Shown one piece after another: positions 28,010-41,224 of a stretch of 64,000 nt of DNA; the stretch's first letter is position 1, and each line of letters opens with the position of its first letter. The stretch lies in the NCBI RefSeq assembly GCF_009914755.1, contig NC_060937.1; one strand, 5' to 3'. The notes below the pieces were generated by a model. That model was not told where the DNA came from. It worked only from the letters and a program-made list of their open reading frames with translations, and did no database searches. The DNA comes from the human T2T-CHM13v2.0 reference genome, Homo sapiens. Made by a program: the position numbers and the translations under genes.

Positions 28010-28640
28010 CTTTTTAACATAATTTTATAAGGCTGAAAATACATACAAACAGTAAAACACCCAAATCTTAACTGTACAGCTCAGTACTTTTTTTTTTTTT
28101 TAACAAACTTAGCACTTCTGTGTATCCAATACTAAAATCAGGAAACTTGATATTATTTCTTCTAGACACTATCTCATAGGGTAGCTCTTGTGGTGATTTG
28201 GAACATAACTGATTCGTTTTAAAATTTTTAGTAAATTAGATCATAGAATATGTTCTGTATCTTGCTTCTTTCATTCAATATTTAGTTTATAAGATTTGTC
28301 AATCTTTTTGCATATAGTTGTAATTCATTAGTTCTCATTGCTATATACTATATCATTATACAAATATAATAAATGTCCAGTTTGTGGTTATTTTGAAAGG
28401 TGCTTCTCTGAGCATTCATGTATCTGTCTTTTGGTAAATATTGTTGGGTATATGCCCAAGGTCATAGAATATGGTTAGATTTAGCATACGTGGGAAATGG
28501 TGGTTTCCGTCAGTTTACATTTCCATCCACAGTGGGAGAGAGTTCCAGTTGCTCCACATCTTTGCCAACACTTGGTATCATTTCTCTTTTTTATTTGAAC
28601 TGTTCTGATGTGTATGTATCACTATTTCAATTGTGGTTAT
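28010..28640 (-). mobile_element. Old L1M(E) fragment
   Basis: gagagttccagttgctccacatctttgccaacacttggtat and an upstream antisense L1M 3' UTR-like stretch; boundaries approximate. Confidence 0.6.
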
Positions 28641-29163
28641 TTTGAACATTACAAAACTGGAAGAGAATAACTGATTTTATTAAATCACATTTCATTTGAA
28701 GTAATGTGTGTCTACTTTGCAGTATTTTTCCTTATTTATATGACTCATAAGAAGAGTGACTCTGAAATATTCAATAATATAACAGCTTGGAATGAGATTT
28801 TTATCAGCTATAATTATAATACATTTTATCTAAATATTATTTTACTGTATTAGTAGCTGTGATAATTAAGAACAAAACCAAAAGGTAAGCAGGTAAGAAA
28901 TTCCTTAGATTAACATGAAACAACATTCCTGCCTTTTTAAAGAAACTTTTCTGGCCTGTAAGTAAATGATGTAAATCAATTAATAGCTTAATTAAAATTA
29001 AGAAAAGAGTCTCAGTTTTCATTGCCTATATTATGTCTGTATTTTCTGGAGAAACAGAAACACTGTATGGCAAACCTACAGTCTGCTAGTTTCTTCTCAC
29101 CCTGCCAACAACAGTTATATTACTGTTTAGCTGGTTACATGCAACCATTTGTTGAGGAGGATT

Positions 29164-29185
29164 GTTTTGTTTTGCTTAGTTTTAC

Positions 29186-29217
<32 letters not shown>

Positions 29218-29397
29218 TTTAAGGCAGGTCTTGCTCTGTTGCCCAGGCTTGAGGTCTGTGAGTTTTATACTCATGGTCACATGGTCAGTGTGGTGTGATC
29301 ACAGCTCACTGCAGCATTAATCTCCTGGGCTCCCATGATCCCCCTGCCTCTGTTTCCTGAGTAGCTGGGACTAAAGGCTCATGCCATCACACCTGGC
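29164..29397 (-). mobile_element. Alu right monomer (FRAM/truncated AluJ) carrying a non-Alu insertion
   Basis: Single antisense arm with its own 15-bp TSD TTGTTGAGGAGGATT (29149-29163, 29398-29412). Confidence 0.88.
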
Positions 29398-29694
29398 TTG
29401 TTGAGGAGGATTTTGAAGAAAATCACACATGCCTTCTTAATTAGAAACAATGAAACCTTAGAAAATGTAATTAGAGAAAAAAATAACATTTTGCACCAAG
29501 CTAATTATATCTTTACCTTTTCTTAGTCGGTTTCAGGATTGATACTTATTGGTGGTTGTATTTTGGAGTGTGTGTTCCTTGCAGCACACTTTATGTATAT
29601 AGTGTGGCCTTATTTGAGTAACTCAAGTTACTTAACCTTTCCAGATCCCAGATTCTCCAGCTGTAGAATGGGAGTAATTATAATACAAATATTA

Positions 29695-30130
29695 CATGGT
29701 GGGTTAGTCCAGGTCCTCCAAGAGGTAGATGTTAAAAAGGGGTTAAACACAAGAGGATTTTATTAAGGGAAATTCCTATGAGAGAAAATGGAGAGGAAGC
29801 TGAGTAAGCCTGGAAGAGCTCTCAGCTGTGAGGAAAGTCTGACCTAGAGTGAAGAAAAGAGGAAACGAAGGTTGAGTGGAAGCACTGGAGCATGAAGTAC
29901 AGTCTAAGGAAGGGTAAGAAAAGTCTTCAGGGAATCCTGAGCCAAGCCTGGTCCTCAGAGAAGCCCTGTGTCTCCTAATGAGGGATCTGCATTAGCAATC
30001 TTGCTGCCCTCAGTCATTGACTGAGGGGCAAATGCAGAAACAGATTTTAGAGTGAAGCAGCAAATGGCCTTAAATCAGTCAGACTTCCCGTACTTTGAGG
30101 TCTATGAGTTTCTTATTCATGGTCACCAAA
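29695..30130 (-). mobile_element. LTR16-like ERVL LTR
   Basis: gggttagtccaggtcctccaagaggtagatg...gattttattaagggaaattcct...gtctgacc...catggtcacca; family from recall. Confidence 0.55.
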
Positions 30131-30259
30131 AGATGTTTATCATGAATTGACAAACTCCAGATAGAGTAAAGCAATGCCTAAATCATAATTATGCACTTAT
30201 CAATTTATTTATTCATATTATTCACTATCATTACGAATATTCAACACATTAATAAAACA

Positions 30260-30648
30260 GCCACATGTGCAATCTACTTAGGATATTGGGAGCATAAGGA
30301 ATAACACAGCAGTGCTACAGATAATTTAAGAGATGGTTACTCTCTTTCTCTCTCTATCTCTCTCTATATATTTATTTATATATATGAGTATAAAATTTTA
30401 TTTTTCTAAAATAAAGAATAATTGGTTTCCTTGTACTATTTGTTATTGATGTATACTGCCAAATCCCTAATGAATACTGGAATACTTAACTCTAAACTCC
30501 CTGCATGCCTACAAAAAGAAGTGGGTCCAAGGTTATATTTTAAATCAAAAGATGTATTAATATTATCATTTTTATCATGTCCAATGGATAGTATCATTAT
30601 CAAAAAGTTTAATCACTGATTATTACTTGAAGGACCTAGTTAGGAAAT
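30260..30648 (+). repeat. Copy 1 of a local ~390-bp direct duplication
   Basis: Aligns co-linearly with 32066-32439. Confidence 0.9.
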
Positions 30649-30949
30649 GTTTGATCCACTTCTTAAAACTGGTCACTGGAAGTATATTATCTCAGGAAGA
30701 ACTGGATATTTATTGAAACCCCTTTAATATAGCCATAATCTCAAACATAGAACCTTCTTTTATTTTCTTCAAAGATTTTTCAATTTCTGTAAAAATTCAG
30801 AGGGTGTTTATGGATAGTGCAATACTCTGCTCAAATATAGGGAAGGAAAGTTACATTAAAATGAGAATATTTTTGCTGAAAAGTATTATGATATTTAATG
30901 TAAGCAAACAAATTACTCAGATGATAGTATTTGTTTTCATTTTAAAATG

Positions 30950-31143
30950 TCTCTTTAATTTCAATAGTTTTTGGAGCACAAGTAGTTTTGGCAACATGGA
31001 TGACTTGTATAGTGGTGAAGTCTGAGATTTTATTGCACGTGTCACCTGAGTAGTGTACATTGTACCAAACATGTAGTTTCTTTATCCCTCACCCCCCCTG
31101 CCAACGTCCCTGTTCTGAGTCTCCAGAGTTCATTGTATCACTC
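30950..31143 (-). mobile_element. L1PB 3' end fragment
   Basis: tttcaatagtttttgga...acatggatga...tatagtggtgaagtctgagatttt...gtcacctgagtagtgtacattgtacc. Confidence 0.8.
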
Positions 31144-32065
31144 AATGGAGAGTCTTAAACATTCAGGGTAGAATCTTCGGGGTGTGACCTCCTATCCATT
31201 GCTTTCCACCATTTGTACTCTCTGCTTTGTGAATGGAGGCCCGTTCTCCCTGTCTGCTTTGTTCACATACCTTTGCCATTTTCCTTGCTGGGATGACATC
31301 CTTTGCCCTGAAGTTCTCGTTAACCATACCACAGCTGTCCTCTTCTTACCTCAATACATCAAAGGCTACCTCAAGTTACAATTTCTCCCTCAGTTTTTCC
31401 CTAGTCTAAGTCCACGTGGATTTCTCCATATCCAGAATGTCTACTACTTGTCTTATCTTTCCTCACACTTGGCATGTGCATTTCCTTCCAGCTACTTTCA
31501 TAATGTTGTATTTTAACTGTTCAGTTGTGTTTATATTACACTATTCTGCCAGGCAAATAAGAGTATTTATATTGCTGAAATCTATGGTTTTTTAAAAATG
31601 TAATAAAATGTAATGAATAAACATACAAATGAATGAGTTAATTACTATATTCCTGGTTAAGTAATGAGCATTATGAGGACAAAAATTGTGTCTTACACCT
31701 TCTTATAATCCTAATCACCTAGTATAGGACTTGGAATATAGCATGCATTTAAGACATCTTTGTGACTAATGAGTTTAAATATTTTTATTAATTCTAAGTT
31801 GACATTATATGATTGTAATTTGGGGAAGGTAGTGAAATTTCAAATGGCTTTCACCACCGGTGAAATGACCCTTTTACATACGACATGATTTACCAGATCT
31901 TTGTTTAGGTGAACCTAGGTGAAAGTGGATTGTTTCCTCTACTTAGAAAATATTTTGCAGATTTTAGTTGCTTAAAAATTTGATTATTTAAATTTGTACA
32001 GTTATGGTTTATGATATTGCCTTGTACAGTTATATATTTTTTATATATTTTATATATATATATAT

Positions 32066-32439
32066 GCCACATGTGTGATCTGCTTGGAATACTGGAAGAG
32101 TAAAGAATAACATAACAGTGCCACAGAGGATTTAAGTGATGTGCCATATATATATATGTATAATTTTATTTTTCAAAAATAAAGAATATTATTACACATT
32201 AATAACATAGGTATAATTGTTTTCCTTCTACTGTTTGTTATTGATGTATACTGCCAAATCCCTAATGGATACTAGAATTCTTAACTCTAAGTCCCTCTAT
32301 GCCTACAAAAAGAAATGTGTTCAAGCTTATTTTAAAAATCAAAAGATTTATTAATAAAACTATTTTTATCATGTCCAATTGATATTATCATTATTAAAAA
32401 GTTTAATCACTTATTACTTGGAGGAACTAATTAGGAAAT
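32066..32439 (+). repeat. Copy 2 of the local direct duplication, flanked by (TA)n tracts
   Basis: Shares blocks such as tttgttattgatgtatactgccaaatccctaatg and atttttatcatgtccaat with copy 1. Confidence 0.9.
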
Positions 32440-32614
32440 ATATATATAATATATATTAGGCTAAGATATATGTACATGTATATATATATAATATATATTA
32501 TATATACAAGTATATACTACTATATAATATAGATATATTAGGCTACTCTCTCTCTCTCTCTCTCTTTATATATATATATATATATATATATAGTATATAT
32601 GTAGTAGCCTAATA
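32438..32614. repeat. Complex (TA)n/(CT)n microsatellite
   Basis: Seen directly. Confidence 0.9.
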
Positions 32615-33003
32615 CTTAAAAAATAAGATAAGGACTGCATAAAATAAGCTGACTCAGACAATATGAGTGTGGACATATGTATAATTCAGCAAGACCTGGT
32701 AACAAAGTGAGATATATATTAACTCTTTGTAGCATATTGTTAAGTAGTATCAAAAAACAAGTAATTTCTGGTTGGGTCCATTGAGTGAATAACATTATTT
32801 TTAGATTGATCTAATGGCACGATAAGCATTTTAGCATTTTTCCTGGAAAAACATTACAGCTGTGCCAGTTTCTGTTCCAAGAGAAAAATACATTGGTGTA
32901 TTCTCTAAAGGAGGAAATTCCGACCTCAAATATGTTCAGATAGCTGTGACAGATAATACCCTGATCAGGTACTAAGTCATATCTTTCACATTTCCCTTGC
33001 TAG

Positions 33004-33124
33004 TTATACTCAGCGTGTGGTTGGAAATGGAATCAAAGCCCAGTCTGGAAATCCTGAAGTCAAAGTCAAAGGAATTGATCCTGTGATAAATCAGATTATT
33101 GATAAACTGAAGCATGTTGTTCAG
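33004..33124 (+). CDS. GPC5: Internal coding exon of glypican-5 (exon 6 by recall), 121 nt, entering in phase 2 and leaving in phase 0
   Basis: Acceptor ...tttcccttgctAG (33002-33003) and donor CAG|GTAAGT (33125-33130). The first base T completes an upstream codon. 33005-33124 is stop-free and reads YTQRVVGNGIKAQSGNPEVKVKGIDPVINQIIDKLKHVVQ, matching remembered human GPC5 and the glypican 'GNG...Q..NPEV.V' motif. Absent from the ORF track because it has no start codon. Confidence 0.95.
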
Positions 33125-35789
33125 GTAAGTCCTGATCCTATATTTATTAGTATACTCAGTCATAAATAATAAGTGGTTACTTTCTGTTATATTTGATAAA
33201 TTTGTTAATCCTGTCAGATAATCCTACCTAAAATATTTTAACACACTTTTTGTATCAGGACATTTGGAAATATTTAGTTTCATGATTTTTGGATGCAGTC
33301 AATATGCAGTGATATTTTAATACTGGACAATCTGTATCTGTGAAAAGCAAGCCTCAGCCTCAGCATTTCATAATGAGAATCTCAGGATATGCTTTGTCTT
33401 CAGTGAATAAGTTTGAACATGGGAATCACTGTGACCATTAAAGAAAACACATATAAGACCATAGAAGTTGCCAGAGTTATCTTTCAGGTAATTCTCTGAA
33501 TGTTACTGTGAAGGTTTTGCAGCATTTCAATATAAGTTAGGTCATAGATGAATAATATGTATTTATAATATTTATTTCCTATAACACCTTTTATATGTTA
33601 TCTTATAATCTAGCTAATGGTTGTTTATGAAATATTTCTGTTTTATCTTCAATAATGTTTTTCATCAAGTAGTGTGTATTGCTGTTTTTAATACATGGCA
33701 AATGAAGCATGAGCATATTTATCAAAGTAATATTTCACTGAAATAGTCTATTAATTAGAACCAAACATTATGTTGCATGTTGTAAATATTACCCTCCATT
33801 CTGCATCTATTGATGTTTGGGGTAAGAAAGGCTATTTTTTTTTTAGTTATTAGTCATTTTTCAAAAATTTATATTTGAACATACTTTCATTTTTCCTAAG
33901 CAAAACTTTGTATGGGTAGTTGATATTTATTTCTAGTATCATGAGTCAGAAACAATACCTGAATAGTACAGAGTTTTTATTGCATACAACATATTCAAGA
34001 GTCAGTAGTAGACTTCTCATAATTGTTCTGCAAAGACAAAGCTTAAGTTTATGCAGAGCCAGTTCTTAGGTTCCCATTTTCACAAGAGTCCCTATATCTC
34101 AAGGAAAGGATATGTAAGAAGGACATGGGGGTTGGTGTCCAATACCATAGATTTCTCCCTTCTGCGAGGCAACAATGCTTATTCTACCATTGATACCTGT
34201 AGAAAACAGATCTCTCGCCCTGGCTGGCAAAACCCAAAATAAATTCTATTGGAAAAGTCTAAGAGAAAAGTGGTATCATGACTACCGATGAGTTAAACCT
34301 CCCAGCCTCTGCTGAGCTGGTCCAGTTGGTACCTCACAGTATCGTCCACTATAGTATAATATGTACATCTAGATTATTTGAAAATTTGAGTGCATAATTG
34401 ATAATAAAACCAAAAGAGCTTTAATATTAATCAGCTCCTCTCATTGAGGAGTGAGTACAATCTCACTGTGAGGACACGGTGAAATCTTAGTGGTTTCTTA
34501 AGTGGGATAAGCATTTCACAGAGGGTTCAGGAAGAAAAAACAGACCTTAAGTGTATATTTATTCAGTCTCATTCTTTTATATTACTTTGGTTGTAGTAAG
34601 GTATATAAAATATGTAATATATTAGTGCAATAGCACATACATATAATTTATAAATACATAAATATACATATTAACTGGGCATTTATTCAGATTGTTTTTA
34701 TAAGATATGCACAGGATGAAAGCAGAACGGAAACCCTATTACAGATAATAAAGATGGTGCTGTTCCATAAGAAGTGCACAGTTATAAAAAAAACACATTT
34801 ACAGAGAAGAACACATAGATACCCAATATAAAAAGGATTATAGAAACCCTTAGGAGGAGGGTTCACATATTTATTGCCCATTCAGCAAAACACCACCCCC
34901 CTCCTCTGCCAGTTCTGGTTTTGTAGGTTTCAAAGCCATAGCCTTTTCAAGGGGGCAGAGGGAAGTCATCCTACCTTTCTTTTTTAGCTTCTGTGTGAAC
35001 TCGAGTCCCATTCTTTAATCTTTCTAGGAATGTGAAGATGGCCAATTATTCATGCTTAAGTTTCATTCTGGGGTTGCAAGAGAATATCAAATACAATGCT
35101 ACCTTTGAGGTCTATCCTTTTAAGGTCTACTAGAATTATATGATCAAAATTTAGATTTTTATAGAGGAGAGCAGAAAGTTATGTCTTGCACAGGTGTCAC
35201 TGAAACATTCACCTTTAATGCCTAAGAATATGCTCTTTCATAAACTGCTCTCCTGGAGATGAAGAGAAATGTTTTACTTTGCCAAACTTTTGACTACTGA
35301 TAATGTACACGTGCCCTGGCAGGGATGGCTATTGTACTGTCAATATCAAGGGATGGCTAACAGCACCTCCACAATGTCAGCTATGAAAGGATTCAGAAAA
35401 TAGCCTTCCGTAAGTGAGAATTTATTAATTTAGGAGTAGGGCCATGGAAGACGTCGACATAGGAATAGGTTTCAGATCCTAGTCTGTAGATTTAGATGAT
35501 CACTTCTTAGTGTTTGTATAAAATTTACTTTATTTTTTATTATAGTAGATATTAAATTTACTTTCCACCTTTGTGCTATGAAAAATGCCATCTCTCACCA
35601 TAGGGACGTACCTATATTAAAGAATATGGAAGTAAGTCAGCCATAATAGCAAAAATTGCCTGCATACACTCACCCAAAAAGGCCTTTCTCGGCCTGCCAT
35701 TGATCTGAACCTTATTTCTACCCTGAATTGTCTGCAATTAGAGTCACTAAGGAAATAGATAAAGATTTTTACTTGGAAAATGTCACTTT

Positions 35790-37130
35790 TTAATGTTTTA
35801 ATAATTCATTCAAAATACTCAAACATGCTCATTGAGTTTCTAGTATGATCCTGGTTCTGTACAGGCACTGAGGTTAAAGTTGTGAATAAAGCAGACACAA
35901 CCCTGCTCTCATGGGCTTTATGTTATAAGAAAAAAGTAAATAAACAAATAAAACCAGTATTGTAGCTGACACATGTTATAAACAAACCAAACAGGATGAG
36001 GTAGGGAAAGATATTTAAGAAGAATGTGCTGGTGGAGGCCACTCAGGGGGAGATGTTTGGGTTGATTCTGAATAAGGAGAAGAAAGGAGTCACAGGAAAA
36101 CCTGTGAGAACTGTGTCTGGGGCAGAAGGAAAAGTAGGCGCAAAGGTCTTGTGGCAGGAATAAGTTTATTTTATTCAGAGAACAGAAGGCCATGCAGCTA
36201 AAACAGGGTGAGTTAAAGGGAGGAGATAAACATACCTCATGTTTTGGGGAGTCCAGTAGGCTCTGGTAAAGAGTTTATATTTTCTCCTAAGTGGCTAAGA
36301 AGTCATTTAAAAACTGTAAGCAGAAGCTAGCTGGGTGCAGTGGCTCATGCCTGTAATCTCAGCACTTTGGGAGGCCGAGGAGGGTGGATCACCTGAAGTC
36401 AGGAGTTTGAGACCAGCCTGGCCAATATGGTGAAACCCTATCCCTACTAAAAATACAAAAATTAGCCGGGCATGGTGGCTCACACCTGTAATCCCAGCTA
36501 CTCAGGAGACTGAGGCAGGAGAATCGCTTGAACCCAGGGTCAGAGCTTTCAGTGAGCCAAGATGGCACCACTGCACTCCTGCCTGGGTGACAGAGCTTGA
36601 GTCCATCTCAAAATAAATAAATAAATAATCACAACTTTAATAAATCAATAAATAAAAACTGCAAGCAGAAAGCTGATAAAATTTATGTTTTATGAGGACT
36701 TCACTATGAAAAATGGACCCTGCATGCAAGAATGAAAAAAGGAAGTGGTACAGACAGAAGACCACATAACTGGAACTAGAATAATAAGAGTGGATACGCT
36801 GAGAAGTGCATAGATTTAGACAAATGTTGGAAGCGGGGTTATTGGGATTTGTTAATGGATTGGAACTCTGGGAGATAGAAGAAGGATGATAGCAAGGTTT
36901 GGTGGGATGATAGTGTCACTAAGTGTTAAAAGGAATTCTAAGAGAAGAGTAGGTCTGGCGGAGGGTTCCTGGGATTGATTAAAAATCAGTGGTTTTGTTA
37001 AATGTGAGATGCTTATTAGATACCCAAGAGGAATGTGCAGAACTCAGGGAGACCACACAACTGGAAGTGTATGTTTGTAAGCACAGAGTGTGGATAGTAC
37101 CTAAGCCCTGAGATTGTATAAAGTTGTCAC
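35790..37130 (+). mobile_element. L2 remnant interrupted by an Alu
   Basis: attcattcaaaata...ggcactgagg...gtgaataaagcagacacaaccctgctctcatggg and later tgagatgcttattagatacccaag; L2-family motifs, strand convention uncertain. Confidence 0.6.
36329..36652 (+). mobile_element. AluS (Sx-like)
   Basis: Full dimer with (TAAA)n tail; TSD-like AAAAACTG(T/C)AAGCAGAA on both sides. Confidence 0.95.
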
Positions 37131-37338
37131 CTTTCCTTTAGAGTATAAATTCACACCAGAACTATTAATGGAGACTGTAAGACAATGGAATCATACAAAA
37201 AATTGTATTGCAAAAACCTATGAATGGATAAAACATTTTATTAAATGTATTGGGCACCTTGTATATACTTAGACAGTTGATCTAGGACAGAGAAGATACT
37301 TTGTAACATTAATTTTTTTCTTACTGTAAGAATAATGA

Positions 37339-37435
37339 CTCAGGAGACGGAGGCTGCAGTGAGCTGAGATCAGGCCACTGCATTCTAGCTCCAGGAGACA
37401 GAGTGAGACTCTGTCTCCCAACAACAACAACAACA
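37339..37435 (+). mobile_element. 5'-truncated Alu (3' ~100 bp)
   Basis: Right-arm end plus (CAA)n tail; TSD AAGAATAATGA (37328-37338, 37436-37446). Confidence 0.9.
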
Positions 37436-38184
37436 AAGAATAATGAATGCTCATCAGAAGGAATTGAATTTTATTATTCTAGGAAATCTGATGGAAAAAG
37501 TGAAAAATAAATATTGATACCATTTATAAAACAATGAAAAAGACAAGAGAAGGCATCTAGGCTTTTTTCTATACTTAATTATACATATAAATACATCAGC
37601 ACTTCACTTAAAAAAATAAGATCATAGGGTACATTTGATTTTGTGACATGAACTGCTCACCTGACCACACAAAACAAATACTTTTCCGTGGCATTAAATA
37701 TTCTGCTATCTGGTTGTTGGTGCTGGCATATTATCCTATCATATGGAAAGATTACAGTTTTACTTCACTCAGTCACCTAAAGTTGGATATTTAGGTTGTG
37801 ACCAGTTTTTATGATAATAAAGACTAATAGGAATATCAGTAGACGTAAAATATTTTTGGCATCTTTTTTTTCCTTGTAATACATTCTACATGTTGAAACT
37901 AACAATATGTTCCTTAACAATTGTATTTTGATACATATTGCCACGTTTTTCTCAAGGAAAATTAAAGCTAACAAGAAGTGTCAGCTTTCTCTTCATGTTA
38001 AATGTGTGGGTGGAAGCTTGGCAGTGATCCTGAGACATACTGGTATAAAACATCATTGGGCTCTCTAGAGACCAAGGTAACTGTCCTGTACAAATGTTAG
38101 CCTGAGCTGGGTGTCACCTGGGAGTACTCCAAGGACGGCCAAAAGAAATATTTTAGTTAGAAGACAATTTATAAGAAAAGTTTT

Positions 38185-38480
<296 letters not shown>

Positions 38481-41224
38481 AAAGAAAAGGAGTTTTGAGA
38501 CTTCCTAGAGAGAGGTCATAGCATACACAATCTTAATTTTATTTCATCATTTAGGACAAGCCCTATATTTATATTCTGCACACATTCCCTCTTCTCCACA
38601 CCCCCTCAAAAAAAAGCTGGGATCTGATGTAAATAGAGACCTGTGGGCTATAGCTTGGTCCTTAAGGAATATCTCAGAAACTTCAGTGTTCCTTCATTCC
38701 CTCTGCAAATCCTTCTGAATTGAGAATGGGAACCTTGGCGACAGAGGGGAGTCATGCACCTCCCTTTTCCATCTGTGACTCTGACATCTTTCTCCAGGTC
38801 AGCCATTGTGCAAATTCTCAGAGTTGCTTTCTGGCACTTTCCTGCATTCCAAAGCCTGTTTCTGAAACAGGCAATATTTGTCCTTTTGAAAATCATCCAT
38901 GTTAAATGTGGTATATCCAATGGCCAGTGAAGATTTTCCTAAAGGGAGAACACTTATTCCTAAGAGTTAACATTAACTTTTTCAGATGTTTGCGTCAGAC
39001 TCAATTGCCCTTTAATATTATAGATTGAAAACAACACTTGGTTGATCTTAGTATATCTGATTGAGGAAATGCGAGAGCCTTTTTAATTTAGATTTGCTCA
39101 CCTAGCAAACTTACTTTGAAACTTCTTGGTCATATTATGTTTGTTTATGGCAAAGTTGTCAGCAAAAAAGTCACAGTTCTGCAGCAATTTATCTTTAAAC
39201 ACTAAATGACATCTATCATTTTTCAAAGAAAATAATGTCAGCAGTTAAAATCCTAACTGCTGAGCACTGTTAGTTGAGAATTATAATGCCCCATTGCTTA
39301 GAAATTAATTTACCTACTTTCAATATGAAACAGAAAAAGTAATATCACAGCAATTGTCTGGATTTATTTTATTGCAAAGCCAATAAATGTTACAGTGTTG
39401 TTAAAAGTAGTAGATTTAAGAAACATTTTATTTCCTTAAACCTAACAATTCAAATAACATAAGAGTATTAAGTTTCTATTAAATATTCATTTTTATAGAG
39501 ACCCAAACTTCTTTTCAAAATGTCTTCATGTGTAATATAAATTTCATTTTTAGATGTGAGGAAAGCAATAATCATAACCATTGCTTAAATCCACAAAAGA
39601 AGTAGATTTTCTATAATATGTATCCCAATAATAACAATGGAGAGTATTCAGGCAGAGATGAGAGACACTCTGATTTTAGTAGAAAAAGGCTGTGCTAAAT
39701 TATCTCTTAGTCTTTTTTTCACTCTGTTCTTATATAATAAGATATATAAGATATATCTTATTATATAATAAATATAACTTTAGAACTGTGATACCCTGAG
39801 AAAAGGTTCTAATTTAAATCTCAATAGATGGTTACACAGGTAGTGTTTACACACACACACACACACAACACAATCACAGGAGTTTTAAAAAATGTTAGTA
39901 TCTCTGAATTTTTTAATTCTGAAAACTGTCCAAGCTTTTATCATTAAATCACTTGCTATAAAACAAATTTTATAAACATCCTTTCCTATTGTTAATAGCC
40001 TATGATAGACATACCGAATGAGTTAATCATAATTGATTGGTCAGTTGCTAATTGCAAATTCTTTGACGGTAGCATGTCAGCTGATTCTGTGAACTTATTT
40101 CACTTGTATAGACTCTTTCCCTTCTTTGGAGAATTGCCACAACACTCTGACTCCTTTCCCCACAACTCCATTACATGACATTGTCACATCCCCAGGCTTA
40201 TGATACTAATATTCCAGAGAAACGAACAGTTCTTGATTTTGAATTAGCAATGCAGTAGTGATCAAAACAGATTTAGTTAGTTATCTTTTGGTTCAGGAGA
40301 AAGTGTTGGATGCACGCTCAATAACTTTCAATGGTCATCTAATTTAGCAATTAGTTTGTCTGAGTAAATTCAATGGAAGGCTGCTTTCTGGAATGGGTGG
40401 TATAATGCACTGACTTCACTATTAGACATTTCATTTAAAAAAATCAATTGTCCGCATAAAACAACCATTTCAATCAGTGTACAATCAACTGGAAAGGAAA
40501 GTTTGAGAACTTTTTTTTTTAAAGTAATGGGATTGGGATTGGCCATTGGTAATTTCTGTTTGATTAAAGTATGTAATTGTTTTGTGTTGGATAAAAATTT
40601 GACTTTTCATTTATGTGGATGCTGCTGATTTTACATGTTATCATTTCCATTAAGACTTGAGCTGTTTATCTGCCGGGTTTACTGTTCTTAAAATGTTGAA
40701 AGACCATTAAAATGTAAAACTTTTATATTTTTTATTTAGGTGACTAGGACAAATTCTGGTAATTTATAGGCTAAAACTTTTATATATTTCTGCTTGAAAT
40801 ATTTTGAAATATGGTTTTTTTCACAAAAGAGGTTCCAAATTACAACCAGCTCCCACTAATTCATATTTCTTTTTAATAATTGAAGTCACTGAAATTTAAC
40901 TTGTCAAGAATTATAAAATCTAAAAGGTAAGTGTTCAGCATTTTAATTTAAACAACTAGGATAAGTGAGGAAAATAATATTTTTGACAATTACTAGACAT
41001 AAGTGTTCATCCAGTAATTTCAAAGAATTAAAAAACCAAACAAAATAACTTTCCTTCAGTCTCAATAAAACATGCTTGCTACCATATAGTAATGTGCTAA
41101 GGAACATGACTTCTGAGTTAGCACAAGGCATGTGGCTAAATTCCAGCTTTTATAGGCACTAACTGTATATCCATAGTTAGTTTACTTAATATCTTAAGCG
41201 TCAATTTAATTTTAGTGTATAATA

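Noticed and set aside
32972-33163. 63-aa antisense ORF over the exon
   Set aside because: Shadow ORF of the coding exon; no independent support.
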